Assembly: GCA_009914755.4 (NCBI GenBank)
Contig: CP086569.2
Coordinates: 2,112,001 to 2,176,000, forward strand
DNA: 64,000 bases
Direction of reading: 5' to 3'
DNA from: the human T2T-CHM13v2.0 reference genome, Homo sapiens
The translations under genes were made by a program, and so were the position numbers. Shown piece after piece: positions 33,229-53,378 of the stretch (the first letter of the stretch is position 1; every line of letters begins with the position of its first letter). Under the pieces are notes generated by a model. That model did no database searches. It was not told where the DNA came from and saw nothing but the letters and a program-made list of their open reading frames with translations.

Positions 33229-34557
33229 CAGAAGAATGTGGCCAAGGGACCGCCACTGTGTATGCACTGAAGAGGTTCCCTAAGAATGCGGCCACGGGAC
33301 TACTGCCATGTACACACTGAAGACGTTCCCTAAGTATGCGGCCAAGGGACCGCCGCCATGTACACACTGAAGACATTCCCTAAGAATGTGGCCAAGGGAC
33401 CTCCACCATGTACACACTGAAGACGCTCCCAAAGAATGCAGCCAAAGGACGGCACTGAAGACTTTCCCTAGGGATGGGGCCAAGGGACCACCACCGTGTA
33501 CACACTGAAGACATTCCCTAAGCATGTGGTCCAAAGGACTGCTGCCATGTACACACTGAAGACGTTCCCTAAGCTTGTGGCTAAGGGACCACCGCCATGT
33601 ACACACTGAAGAAGTTCCCTAGCAATAAGGCCAAGTGACCGCTGCCGTTGCACACTGAAGACGTTCCCTAAGTATGTGGCTCAGGGACCACCGCCATGTA
33701 CACACTGAAGACGTTCCCTAAGAATGCCGCTAAAAGACAGCACTGAAGACATTCCCTAGGCACGTGGCTGAGGGGCCTCCGCCATGTACACACTGAAGGC
33801 ATTCCGAAGCATGTGGCTAAGGGACCACTGCCATGTACACACTGAAGACGTTCCCTAACAATGCGCCCAAGGGACCACCACCATGTACACACCGAAGACG
33901 TTCCCTAAGAATGCAGCCAAGGGACGGCACTGAAGACTCGTTCCCTAGGCATGTGGCCAAGGGACCGCACTGAAGAAGTCCCCTAAGCATGCGGCCAAGG
34001 GACTGCCACCGTGTACACGCTGAAGACATTCCCTAAGAATGTGGATAAGGGACCGCCGCCATGTACACACTGAAGACGTTCCCTAAAAATGCAGCCAAGG
34101 GACCGCCGCCATGTATACATTGAAGACGTTCCCAAAGAATGCAGCCAAGCGACGGCACTGAAGACACTCCCTAGGCATGTGGCCAAGGGACCGCCACCCT
34201 ATACACACTGAAGACGCTCCCTAAGCATGTGGCTAACAGACTGCGACCATGTACACACTGAAGACATTCCCTAAGAATGTGGCCAAGGGACCGCCACCGT
34301 GTATGCACTGAAGACGTTCCCTAAGCATGTGGCCAAGGGACTGCACTGATGACGTTGCCTAAGGATGCAGCCAAGGGACTGCCACCGTGTACACACGGAA
34401 GACATTCACTAAGAATATGACTAAGGGACCGCCACCATGTACCCACTGAAGATGTTCCCTAAGCATATAGCCAAGGGACCGACACCATGTACACACTGAA
34501 AACGTTCCCTAAGAATGTGGCCAAGGGACCGCCACCTTGTACATAGTGAAGACGTTC
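33229..34557. repeat. Minisatellite array 5 (same unit), ~28 units
   Basis: Tandem repetition. Preceded by U, followed by old L1. Confidence 0.95.
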
Positions 34558-36015
34558 CAAAGGTCCAGCCATAGGCCTGCAAAACATCAGAGGAAAGAAT
34601 GGTGTGCAGGATCCAGACATCCCACCACTGGGTGTGTACCCAAAGGAAAGGAAATCAGCCCATCAATGGGATACCTGCATCCCCTGTGCCCTGCAGCACT
34701 ACTCAGGTTCCAAGATATACAATCAACCCATGTGTCAATCAACAGATGAGTACATCAAGCAAATGTGGCATAGACACACAGTGGAATAGTATGCAGCCAT
34801 GAAAAAGGAAATCCTGCCATTTGCGCAACATGGATGGGACTGGAAGATACAATGTGAAGTGAAATGAACCAGGCACAGAGAGACAAATACTGTATCATCT
34901 CGTATGTAGAATCTAAAAAAGCTGAACGCATAAACGCAGAGAGTGCAATGGTGGTTGCCAGGGAAGAATGCTGAAGTGTTTGTCAAAGAACATAACATTT
35001 CAGTTGGAGGCCAGGAGCGCTGTGGCTCATGTCTGGAATCACTGTGCTATGGAAGGCTGAGGAAGGAGGATCACTGGAGGCCAGGAGTTTGAGACAAGCC
35101 TGGGTAACGTAATGAAACCCTATCTCTAAACAAATAAAAAAAAAACTGAAAAAATTAACTGGATATGGTGGCATGCACCTGTAGTCCCAGCTACTTGGGA
35201 GGCTGAGGCAGGAGGATCGCTTTAGCCCAGGAATTCAAGACCAGCCTGAGCAACATAGCAAGACCCCATCTCTACAAAAAATTTAAAAATTAACCAGGTG
35301 TGGTGGTGTGCACCTGTAGTCCCAGCTACCTGGGAGGCTGAGGTGGGAGGGTCACCTGAGCCATGAGTTGGAGGCTGCTGAGAGCTATGAACATGATGCT
35401 GTACTCCAGCCTGGCTATAGGATGAGACTGTCTCAAAAAACATATAAATTACATTAAAATTAATTTTTTTCAGTTAGATAAAACAAATGAATTCCAAGTT
35501 CTATCACACCACACAGTGATGATAGTTAATAATACATCACGTCTTTCAAAATGACTAAAAGTAGATTTTACATATTCTCACTACAAAAAAAAGTAGGTGA
35601 GGTGATATAGGTTAGAGTTAGAATTATGTGAATATGTAAATTAGCTTGATTGTTATGTTAATTAGCTTCAATGTTAATATGTTAATTAGCCTGATTATTA
35701 ATATGTTAGTTAATGTGATTGTTAATATGGTAACTAGCTTGATTTAATCATTGCATGATGTGTACGTGGATTAAAACATCACGTTGTACCTCATATACGT
35801 GTATACAATTACTTTTTTTAACGAAAAATGAATTTTCCAGAAAAATGACTCGCATTTCCAGGCAGAAAACAAAACAAGTCCCAGTTTCAAGGACAGCTGT
35901 GACATATTTAACAGTGTTTCCTCTTAATTCAACACCCTTTATATGACCATGACCCAAGGGGCTCCAAGTTGCCAAGGAAAGGATTCCAGTTATGTGCTCA
36001 AGGTGTATCCACACT
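34558..36015 (+). mobile_element. Old L1 3' fragment, paralog copy 4
   Basis: Same L1 3' sequence. Confidence 0.75.
35008..35438 (+). mobile_element. FLAM + Alu (+) inside old L1 copy 4
   Basis: Paralog of 12645-13063. Confidence 0.8.
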
Positions 36016-36305
<290 letters not shown>

Positions 36306-37220
36306 GACATTTACGTTGAGATTTCTACACTGTGAAAAAAGATCTGCAATAGGGCATCAGGCACCCCAAAGATTCCCAATGCTATTAACCAATCAAATCT
36401 ACTAGGAAATTGCAATTGCAATCACTCCACAGTTTCCCGGAAAGGTGAACACCCCTCCAGTAGGAAGCATTCAGTGTTTTCATGCACATCGCTTCATCCA
36501 TTTCTCAAAACAACGCCATGTAAACTGGATAAACAAAGGGTGGTGCATATACACTATGGAATACTACATACCCATGAAAAAGAATGGGATTGGTTGGGTG
36601 TGGTGGCTCACACCTATAATCTCAGCACTTTGGGAGGCCGTGGAGGGCAGATTAACTGAGGTCAGGAGTTCAAAACCAGCCTGGGCAACATGGAGAAACC
36701 CCGTCTCTACTAAAAATACAAAATTAGCCGGGCGTGGTGGCATGTGTCTGTAATCTCAGTTACTCAGAAGGCTGAGGCAGGACAACTGCTTGAACCCGGG
36801 AGCTGGTGGTAGCGGTGAGCCGAGATCACACCATTGCACTCCAGCCTGGGCAACAAAAAGGAAACTGTCTCAAAAAAAAAAAAAAAATGGGATGATGTCC
36901 TTTGCAGGAACATGCACGGAGGTGGAGGCCATTATCCTTAGCAAACTTACACAGGAACAGAAAACCAAATACCACCTGTTCCCACTGATAAGTGACAGCT
37001 AAACATTGGGCACTGGTGGATATAAAGAAGGGAACAGCTGCAGGGGCCTGCTGGAGGGTGGAGGGTGGGACAAATGAGAGGATCAAAAAACTACCTATCA
37101 GATGGTAGTAGGCTTACTACCTGGTTGATGAATTAATCTGTACACTAAACCCCCAGGACATGCAATTTACCCGTGTAATGAACCTGCACACGTGCCCCTG
37201 AACCTGAAAGTTTAAAAAGT
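36306..37220 (+). mobile_element. L1PA-like 3' end with embedded Alu; paralog copy 3
   Basis: Same sequence as the other copies. Confidence 0.75.
36592..36887 (+). mobile_element. Alu (+) embedded in the L1PA 3' end
   Basis: Paralog of 19556-19850. Confidence 0.85.
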
Positions 37221-37518
<298 letters not shown>

Positions 37519-38068
37519 CACTACATGTGCTGCTATTGGGAATATTTTACTGAATTTTTTTTAAGTCCTTTAAAATGTTAGGGTAGTGTCTTAGGAAATC
37601 AGGGATTTCCAAAGGCAGGACTTCACGTTGCCAACATGAGTGTGAGAAGGATTCCTTTCAGTGTAGAAGGTGCTTGCCTGCTCTGTGCTTCCAGAAATCC
37701 CCGAGACTTAATAAGGCACCTGGCTCCGTCACTGATCAAAGAATGGGTACCACAACTTACTGTCCACTGCAAAGCTCCATGGCACCTAGCTCTAGCCAGT
37801 TTGTTCACAGCCGTGATTAAGGTGCCCACAGCATCCTCACCAGCCTCAGGAACGTGGCACAGTCAGCTCGCCACAGGGGTGACCCCAGAAACAAGAGACA
37901 GGACTGTTACAGGGACAACACGTGGGACGCCAAAAACCAGAAACAAGAGACAGGAATATTGTAACAGGGACAAAGTCCAGACCACACGGAAGGTGGATGA
38001 CTCATTTGTCACAGGTGGAAACAGTTTATCTGCGAGTTTGAAACCAGGTGGATCAAGAATGAAAGGCG

Positions 38069-38071
<3 letters not shown>
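37519..38071 (+). repeat. Segment S, copy 3
   Basis: Near-identical to 20486-21054. Confidence 0.85.
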
Positions 38072-38879
<808 letters not shown>

Positions 38880-40494
38880 AGAAGAATGTGGCCAAGGGAT
38901 CGCCACCGTGTACGAACTGAAGACGTTTTCTAAGAATGTGGACAAGGGACTGCCACTCCGTATGCACTGAAGAGGTTCCCAAAGCATGTGGCCAAGGGAC
39001 CATCGCCATGTACACAATCAAGACAATCCCTAAGCATGTGATTAAGGGACTGCCACCATGTACACACTGAAGATGTTCCCTAAGAATGGGGCCAAGGGAC
39101 CACTGCCATGTACACACTGAAGACGTTCCCTAAGTATGTGGCTAAGGGACCGCCCCCATGTACGCACTGAAGACATTCCCTAAGAATGCAGCCAAAAGAC
39201 GGCACTGAAGACGCTCCCTAAGAATGTGGCCAAGGGACCACAACGGTGTACACACTGAAGCCATTCCTTAAGCATGTGGCCCAAGGGACTGCCACGCTGT
39301 GCATACTGAAGACGATCCCTAAGCTTGTGGCTAAGGGACGGCGGCCATCTACACACCAAAGACGTTCCCTAACAATGAGGCCAAGGGACCACTGCTGTGC
39401 ACACACTGAAGATGTTCCCTAAGTGTGTGGCTAAGGGACCTCTGCCATGTACACACTGAAGACGTTCCCTAAGAATGCAGCTAAAAGATGGCACTGAAGA
39501 CGTTCCCTAAGCATGTGGCCAAGAGACTGCCACCATATACACACTGAAGACGTTCCCTAAGCTTGTGGCTAAGGGACCGCCGCCATGTACACACTTAAGA
39601 CGTTCCCTAAGAATGCGGCCAAGGGACCGCCACCATGTACACACTGAAGACGTTCCCTAAAAATGCAGGGAAGGGACAGCATTAAAGATGTTCCCTAGGC
39701 ATGTGGCCAAGGGAATGCACTGAAGATGTTCCCTAAGCATGCAGCCAAAGAACTGCCACCATGTATACACTGAAGACATTCCCTAGGAATGTGGGTGAGG
39801 GACTGCTACCATGTGCACACTGAAGATGTTCCCTAAGAATGCAACCAAGGGACCACTGCTGTGTGCAGTGAAGACACTCCCTAAGTATGTGGCTAAGGGA
39901 CCTCCGCCATGTGCACACTGAAGACATTCCCTAAGAATGCAGCTGGCACTGAAGACGTTCCCCTAGGCATAATGACCAAGGGACCCCACTGTATACAACT
40001 GAAGACGTTCCCTAAGCATGTGGCTAAGGGACTGCCACCAAGAACACAATGAAGACGTTCCCTAAGCATGCGGCTAAGGGAATGCCGACATGTACACACT
40101 GAAGAGGTTCCCTAAGAATGCGACCAAGGGACCGCCACCATGTACACACTGAAGACAGTCCCTAAGCATGTGGCACAAGGGACCGCCGCCCTGTGCACAC
40201 TGAAGATGTTCCCTAACCATGGGGCCAACAGACTGCCACCGTGTACACACTGAAGACATTCCCTAAGCATGTGGCTAAGGGACCGCCGCCAGGTACACAA
40301 TGAAGATGTTCCCTAGGCATGTGGCCAAGGGATCACACTCACTGAAGACGTTCCCTAAGCATACAGCCAAGGGACTGCCACCGTGTACACACTGAACACG
40401 TTCCCTAAGAATGTGGTTAAGGGACCGCCGCCATGTACACACTGAAGATGTTCCCTAAGAATGTGGCCAAGGGAATGCACTGAAGACCTTCCCT
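38880..40494. repeat. Minisatellite array 6 (same unit), ~34 units
   Basis: Tandem repetition. Preceded by U, followed by segment Z. Confidence 0.95.
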
Positions 40495-40834
40495 AATACA
40501 AAAGCTAAGACATTGTGGGTGTACCACACACTTCCTACAGCTGTGGGAAAATGAGGCTCTTCAGGGCACCTCCATGACTAGCCACAAACCCAGCTAGGAG
40601 AGCCACGGAAAGAATGGGGTGGTGTAACTGCAGTAATTACCAAGACATAATTCGATCTAATCGCCTTCTAAATAAATGGCTCCCTTAACTCTGCCCAGCC
40701 CACTTGATTCACACCAAGGAAGACGTCTTTAACATACAAAATCAGGCTGTGAGGAGTAAAACTTGGACAATGCCATTTCATCACAGCACAGAGCCACGGT
40801 GAGACCAGCACCTCTTATGGAAAGAAAACAGACA
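40495..40834 (+). repeat. Segment Z, copy 2
   Basis: Near-identical to 29914-30250. Confidence 0.85.
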
Positions 40835-43104
<2,270 letters not shown>

Positions 43105-44670
43105 AGAATGTGGCAGGGACACATTCTGGCCAATGGACTGTCACCTTGTACAAACTGAAGACGTTTTCTAAGAATGTGGCCAAGGGATCACACTGAAGAC
43201 GTTCCCTAAGAATGTGGCCAAGGGACTGCACTAAAGATGTTCTCTAAGCATGCGGCCAAGGGACCACCAGTGTGTACACATTGAAGAGGTTCCCTAAGAA
43301 TATGGCTAAGAAACAGCACTGAAGACATTCCCTAAGCATGTGGTTGAGGGACCGCACTGAAGACGTTCCCTAAGAATGACACCAGGGGACTGCCACCGTG
43401 TATGCACTGAAGATATTCCCTAAGAATGTGGCCAAGGGACCAACCAGGGCTGTGACTGAAGACGTTCCCCAAGCGTGCGGCCAAGGGACCACCATTGTGT
43501 AGGCACTGACGACGTTCCCTTAGAATGTGGCCCGGGGACCACCACCATGTAAGAAGTGAAGACGCTCCCTAAGAATGTGGCCAAGGGACCACCACGGTGT
43601 ACACACTGAAGACGTTCCCTAAGTATGTGGCTAAGGGACCACCGCCATGTACGCACTGAAGACGTTCCCTAAGAATGCAGCCAAGGCAAGGCACTGAAGA
43701 CATTCCCTAGGCATGGGGCCAAGGGATGGCCACCATGTACACACTGAAGTCATTCCCTAAGCATGTAGCCCAAGGGACCACCACCGTGTGCACACTGAAG
43801 ATGTTCCCTAAGCTTGTGGCTAAGGGACCACAGCCATGTACATACTGAAGATGTTCGCTAACAATGCAGCCAAAGGACTGCTGCCCTGTACACACTGAAG
43901 ACGTTCCCTAAGCATGTGGCCCAAGGGACTCCCACCCTGTGCACACTGAAGATGATCCCTAAGCATGTGGCTAAGGGACCACCACCATGTACACACTGAA
44001 GACATTCCCTAAGCATGTGGCCCAAGGGACTCCCGCACTGTGCACACTGAAGATGATCCCTAAGCTTGTGGCTAAGGGACCTCCGCCACGTACACACTGA
44101 AGACATTCCCTAAGAATGTGGCCAAGGGACCACCACCATGTGCACACTGACGACATTCCGTAAGAATATGGCCCTGTGCACACTGAAGACATTCCCTAAG
44201 CATGTGGCTACGGGACCACCGTGTACGCACTGAAGACATTCCGTAAGAATGCGACCAGGGGACCGCCACATGTGCACACTGAAGACATTCCCTAAGAAAA
44301 CGGCCAAGGGACGGCACTTAAGACGTTCCCTAAGCATGTGGCCCAAGGGACCACTGCCCTGTGCACACTGAAGATGTTCGCTAAGCATGTGGCTAAGGGA
44401 CTGCCGCCATGTACACACTGAAGACATTCCCTAAGAATGTGGCCAAGGGACCGCCACAGTGTACACACTGAAGACGTTCTCTAAGAATGTGGCCAATGGA
44501 CCACACTGTAGACGTTCCCTAAGCATGCAGCAAAGGGACTGCCACCGTGTACACACTGAAGACATTCCCTAAGAACGTGGCTATGGGACTGTCGCCATGT
44601 ACACACTGAAGATGTTCCCTAAGCATGTGGCCAAGGGACGGACGCCATGGACACTGGGAAGACGTTCACT
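43105..44670. repeat. Minisatellite array 7 (same unit), ~33 units
   Basis: Tandem repetition. Preceded by U, followed by old L1. Confidence 0.95.
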
Positions 44671-46109
44671 AAAGTCCAGAAACGGGCCTGCGAAACACCA
44701 AAGGAAAGAATGTTGTGCAGGATCCAGTCATCCCACCGCTTGGTGTGTGCCCAAAGGAAAGGAAATCAGCCCATCAATGGGATACCTGCACCCCCTGTGC
44801 ACTGCCAACACTACTAACAGTTTCCAAGATATAGAATCAACCCATGTGTCAATCAACAGATGAGCGTATCAAGCAAATGTGGCATAGACACACAATGGAA
44901 TAGTATGCAGCCATGAAAAAGGAAATCCTGCCATTTGCAGCAACATGGATGGGACTGGAAGATACAATGTGAAGTCAAATGAACCAGGCACAGAGAGACA
45001 AATACTGTATCATCTCGTATGTAGAATCTAAAAAAGCTGAACGCATAAACGCAGAGAGTGCAATGGTGGTTGCCAGGGAAGAATGCTTCATGAAGTGTTT
45101 GTCAAAGAACATAAAATTTCAGTTGGAGGCCAGGAGCAGTGGCTCATGTCTGGAATCACAATGCTATGGAAGGCTGAGGAAGGAGGATCACTGGAGGCCA
45201 AGAGTTTGAGACAAGCCTGGGCAACATAATGAAACCGCATCTTTAAAAAAAAAAAAAAAATTAGCTGGGTATGGTAGCATGCACCTGCAGTCCCAGCTAC
45301 TTGGGAGGCTGAGGCAGGAGGATCGCTTCAGCCCAGGAATTCAAGACCAGCCTGAGCAACATAGCAAGACCCCATCTCTGCAAAAAACTTAAAAAATTAA
45401 CCAGGTGTGGTGGTGTGCACCTGTAGTCCCAGCTACCTGGGAGGCTGTGGTGGGAGGGTCACCTGAGCCAGGAGTTGGAGGCTGCCATGAGCTATGAACA
45501 TGATGCTGCACTCCAGCCTGGGTGATAGGGTGAGACTGTCTCAAAAAAAATAAATTACATTAAAATTAAATTTTTCCAGTTAGATAGAAGAAATAAATTC
45601 AAAGTTCTACCACACCACACAGTGATTATCATTAATAATAATACATTGCGTTTTTCAAAATGACTAAAAGTAGATTTTACACATTCTCACCACAAAAAAA
45701 AGTAGGTGAGGTGATATAGGTCAGAGTTAGGATTATGTGAATATGTTAATTAGCTTGTTAATATGTTAATTAGCTTGAATGTTAATGTGTTAATTAGCTT
45801 GATTATTGATATGTTAATTAGGTTAATAATATGGTAACCAGCTTGATTTAATCATTGCACAATGTGTACTCGGATTAAAACATCACGTTGTACCTCCTAT
45901 ATATGTATACAATTATTTTCTATAAAATAATTCTATAAAGATAGCTCGCATTTCCAGGCAGAAAGCAAAACAAGTCCCAGTTTCGAGGACAGCTGTGACA
46001 TATTTAATGGTGTCTCCTCTTAATTCAACAGTTTATATGACCATGACACAAGGGGCTCCAAGTTTCCAAGGAAAGGATTCCAGTTATGTGCTCAAGGTGT
46101 ATCCACACT
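44671..46109 (+). mobile_element. Old L1 3' fragment, paralog copy 5
   Basis: Same L1 3' sequence. Confidence 0.75.
45126..45550 (+). mobile_element. FLAM + Alu (+) inside old L1 copy 5
   Basis: Paralog of 12645-13063. Confidence 0.8.
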
Positions 46110-47290
<1,181 letters not shown>

Positions 47291-47824
47291 CTCATACCAT
47301 TTTTGTATCATGAAACTTTATTATTCTTTGCATTTCTTTCCCTCAAGAATTTAAACATGTAAGAAGCAAACCAACACCTTTTAAAACCTAAACATAATTC
47401 TTAGCTTGTGGATACAGTTTTGGAAGCAATTTAAATTCTAGAAATCCTGCAGTAACTGCCTATTTGATACGTTCTCAGAGTTCCTGCCTTTCCAGTTAAA
47501 CACAAATAAAATAGGAGTCCGGTGACCTCGAACACCCCAGGGTAAGAACGCACAAGCTAAAAGCCAGTTGGAGCCTGAATGTGAAAAGGCAATCATTCCT
47601 TCTGCATCAAAACATCTGCACCCACGGGTCCACCCGTCAGCCAAAAGCCACCTCAGCAATGCTACCAAAACAGGGAAAAGAAAGGCTACCCTCTTTCTTT
47701 CATGCAAGCCCTCTAAGATAACGCACAACCTACTAGCTCACGTAAATTAGGGCACAAAGAACCCAACTGAAATCCTGGCAGAACAAGCACAACTTCTGCT
47801 TAATCGTGAACTCATTTATTTATT
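47291..47824 (+). repeat. Paralogous segment W, copy 2
   Basis: Near-identical to 25753-26284. Confidence 0.85.
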
Positions 47825-49010
<1,186 letters not shown>

Positions 49011-50189
49011 TAGACACAACGGCAAAACTAAGTTGTTGAGAGACAGAGAATGCATGGTCCGCGGAGCCAAAAATATTTCCTCTCTGACCCCTTAAAGTTG
49101 ACACCATCAGGGTACTCATGCCAAGGACCTCCCGCATCTGACTGCAACACAAAAGGACAGGCAGCCGCAGCTAGGAAGGAGCCTGGCTGCAAAGCCCTGA
49201 AACCCGAAAGCTTCCCAGAAGTTGCTCAGAAAGGAACTCATGCAGTTTGAGAAAATCTGGAAGAAACGAGCCAAACCCTGCTGTTTTCGTCGTCTGAAGA
49301 AATGAGCAAAACACTGCCGTTTTGCTGCAGACGGTCCTGTGAGAGTTTGCATTCTCTGTTCACCAGGCAGGGGCATGGCGAGTTCATTTTATAAAACTCT
49401 CAGGTGAGCCCCACGATTTGACGGAGCAGAAATCACTGGGAAAGGACGGGGCGGCGGGCCTGAGATCACAGAGGGGAAAACAGTAGAACTGCTGCCCAAG
49501 CACATCTGAGACTCGCAGAAGGCGCAGGAAGATGGTCGGAACAAAAGCAGGAGCTGGCTGCGCCAGGAATCCGGTCTCTGGGCCTCCTCTGCACTCACGA
49601 GCAAATGAACGTCACCACCGAGATTTCGGCACCCCAGAAACAGCCCAACCGGCTCCTTCCCACCAGCTGCCTCTTTACTAAAACATCCGAAACCTTTTTC
49701 TCACTTTCCCCAAGCTGTTTTCCTCACCCTTCAGAGGCCTGCTGGGAAAACAGTTCGAAGCAGGCAATTCTGCAAAGTGGGGGGGAAACAAAAACAACCA
49801 GCTCAGAGTTAGGGCTGTGCAGCCAGATGCAAGCGTGAAAACAAAACCGAACCGAAAAATCCCACCACTGTGCGGAAGGAGTGCCACACAGGCTGGGATG
49901 AGAACCGTCGGGGTTAGGGAAATGTCTCTGTAAGAAACCCTCAAGGACTAGAATTACTCCTAATGGGAAAAACGTGTAAACATGTCCCACTTAAATGAAC
50001 ATCACGATGCAAATGCTTAGTTATGAGGACTGAAAATGAACCCCTTTCAACCCAAAACGTGCAAGAAAGAGAAATTTCGGCATTTTAATGATGCCCAAGG
50101 ACAGGCAGTCAACCAACAGCACTTGGAAAGGGCAAGTCTGGGCAGAGGTGCACATCCCGGCCTTCCTGTGTTTCTTGGGGGCCATTGTT

Positions 50190-50815
50190 TTCTCAGGAGG
50201 GAGGAAAAGAGGGAGGGAGGAAGGAAAAAGGGATGGAAGGAAAACGAAAGAGGAAGGGAGGGAGGGAGAAAAGGGAGGGAGGGACAGAGGGAGGGAGGAA
50301 AGGAAGGAAGGAGGAAGGGAGGGAGACAGGGAGGGACAGAGGGAAGGAAGGAGGGAGGGAGGAGAGGGAAGGAGGGAGGGAGGGATGGGGGAAGGAGGGA
50401 GGGGAGGAAAGGGAGGCAGAGAGGGAGGGGAGGGAGGGAACGGAGAGAAGGAAGGGAGAAAAGGGAGAGAAGGGAGGGAAGGAAGGGAGAGAAGGAAGGA
50501 AGGGAGAAAAGGGAGAGAAGGGAGAGAAGGAAGGAAGGGAGAGAAGGAAGGAAGGGAGAGAAGGAAGGAAGGGAGAGAAGGAAGGAAGGGAGAGAAAGAA
50601 AGAAGGGAAGGGAGGGAAGGAAGGGAGAGAAGAAGAGACAAGGATGGGAGGGAAGGAAGGAAGGAAAGAAGGAAGAAAGGAAGGATTTGTTGGCTGAAGA
50701 AGAGAGGGAGGGTTGGACGGAAGGAGGAGGGAAGGAAGAGACCATGTGAGAGGAGGTGAGGAAGACAGGAAGAGAGGGGTGATAAGGAGGCTGGGGGGAG
50801 AGGGAAGGCGCTGAT
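50190..50815 (+). repeat. ~620-bp polypurine tract (GGAA/GGGA/GAAGGA-rich) with a ~20-bp AGGGAGAGAAGGAAGGAAGG periodic core
   Basis: The plus strand is almost exclusively A/G across the interval. The sub-repeat AAGGGAGAGAAGGAAGGAAGGGAGAG... occurs at 50455-50600. Confidence 0.95.
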
Positions 50816-52072
50816 GCCATCCGGATCCATCCAGGCTGCCTCGTCCATGGGGCCTCCGTTTATACAACTATCCACTAAGTGAAGGAACCGGCAAAAATCT
50901 CTGCTCCCGGGGAACACTTTCACCAGCTGCCGGCTTTATTCACTCAGAAATTTTGATGCCAAAACACCCGAAAGTACATCATAACTTGAGGATTTACAGA
51001 CAAGAAAGAGGAGCACAGAACTGACCGTGGGTGCCCTGGAAAAAGTTGCTTTCAACAAGGACCACAACAAAAATAAAAATAATAATAATGATAAACCTCC
51101 CTCCACTCCCAGGATCAAGGGGTTCAGACAAACTGCAGTCCAGACGGACACGCGGCAGACAAATGAATGAGGAGCTAATGCATTGCTCTGGTTTATTGAA
51201 CAACAGTCCAACTTTACAGCATTAAATAAGGGGCAACCGTTCAGGAGGGGAACGATGGCTTAAAAATAAAAATGAAGACAGAGCCGGGACAGTTCACATT
51301 TCCACGTGAGTGAGGAAAAGCGAAGGATTGTTAGAGACGTGAAGAGAACGCTGGCAATGCTACAGAATGGAGCCCACGGAGGCGTGGGCTGCCCTGCGTC
51401 CCCGGCCTCGGGGCAGAACAGGGAGCAACCCCAAAGCCTGCCCCACTGTGTCCCTTCCAGCTGCCCTTCTGCCGAGAACACCCGGAGCTGAGGGTTCCAA
51501 GTTCACGGCGGAACCGCTTCCCTTAAAAAGAAAGCAAAGGTTACGTAGATTTCTCCCGTGCTTCCTTTTCCACAGACTTAAACCGGCTCAGGACGTAAGG
51601 ATAACATTCTGTGCTGCTTGCAGCCCTGAGAAGTCAGCAGCCGTGAAAGGCAGGTAGTTCCTTTGCCCTCTGACACCCCGAGTTCTTGGGGTCTCGGCAG
51701 AACACTGCCTGGAGCTGAGTGGGGTCATCCCTCCTAGACACCGTTCTCCCCAGCCCAGCTTGTCTTCACGGAGGCAGAGAACCCGCTGCACGTAGAATCC
51801 AAGCAATATGCTAAGCCTCCTGAAGTATTTTTCCTCCAGTTAAAAAGCAGTTCTACATGTTGGAAAACGTCTTTCTGTTTCCCTGAATGACTGAAAGCAA
51901 CTCGCAGGAATCCAGCCACGGAAAACCCCTCCGGGGGCAATATTTTAAAATTCATTTCCCCTATGGTATTCAGTTTAAAAGAGAAGAATCAAGAGTCCTT
52001 TCCGGTAATCAAATCAAAAACACCTTATGTGGAAAAGCTGGCCGCACGGGGGAACTGGACTTTTAGGGCTGA

Positions 52073-52372
<300 letters not shown>

Positions 52373-52924
52373 CGCCCAGTTTTAAGGACCAACTCCGCAA
52401 AGTGAAATTTCGGCAGGCAGCAGGAAGCAGGCTCTCTGGCAGCGACCTGTCGAAAATACAACACATTCCACACTTTTTTTTCTGTTTGCTTTTTGTTAAG
52501 TGTCTGCATTTTTGTACTCATCTGTCACATTTTTAACCGAACATTAAAAAAAAAGGTCTCTCTTTTTAAGAAGGGCATTTTGGCTAAAAGGTCTCTTCCC
52601 CATTTCTCAGAAGCAAGAGGTCCCTGCTTGCACGAGAATGTAAACATGAATTCAGTGATCTGGACCTCGCAGAAGTCACACATGATGATCGGGAAAGGCT
52701 CCTTCGACGCCACCCAGAATGTTCCTGCGTTTCTTCTAAACCCTCCCAGGGAGAACTCGAATCAGACATGGTGGAGGTCTTAAGTATCTGTGAAGGAAGG
52801 AACAGCTCCTCTAGGCTCTGCTGCACGCAATTCCCAAGCAGAAGCGTTGGCAGTTCCCAAGCAGAAGTCGTCCGGGCCCCGGGAATAGGGGAGGAAAGGA
52901 AACCCACTCAAAGCCACCTCTCTT

Positions 52925-53220
52925 GTGTCTTCTTTTTTCTTTTTGAGAGAGTCTCGCTCTTGTCGCCCAGGCTGGAGTGCAGCGATCTCAGCTTACTGCA
53001 ACCTCCACCTCCCAGGTTCAAGCGATTCTCTGGCCTCAGCCTCCAGAAGCTGGGATTACAGGCACATGCCATCAGTCCTGGCTAATTTTTGTATTTTTAG
53101 TAGAGACGGGGTTTCGCCATGTTGGCCAGGCTGGTCTCGATCTCCTGACCTCAGCTGATCTGCCCACCTCGGCCTCCCAAAGTGCTGCGATTATAGACAG
53201 GAGCCACCGCCCCCGACCCT
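52925..53220 (-). mobile_element. Alu (-), within the presumed ZBED1 3' UTR
   Basis: Reverse-complement Alu consensus. Confidence 0.85.
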
Positions 53221-53378
53221 CTCTCACTTCTCGAATCTCTTTCCTTTTTCCACCTTCTAGGTGTCAAAGACAGTGGATGGTCTCTGAGGTTCAAAACCAA
53301 GCTGACCGGGTAAGTATTTACAGCAAAGCATCCAATGGGCTGCTGCGGGGATGACTTGTAAGACAACACGCTTCCTCG

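Noticed and set aside
50021-50923. 300-aa and 224-257-aa minus-strand ORFs and 170-237-aa plus-strand ORFs over the polypurine tract
   Set aside because: They are low-complexity translations of a GGAA/GGGA tract (R/E/G/K-rich on plus, S/P/L/F-rich on minus). They overlap in every frame, which is typical of simple-sequence artefacts.
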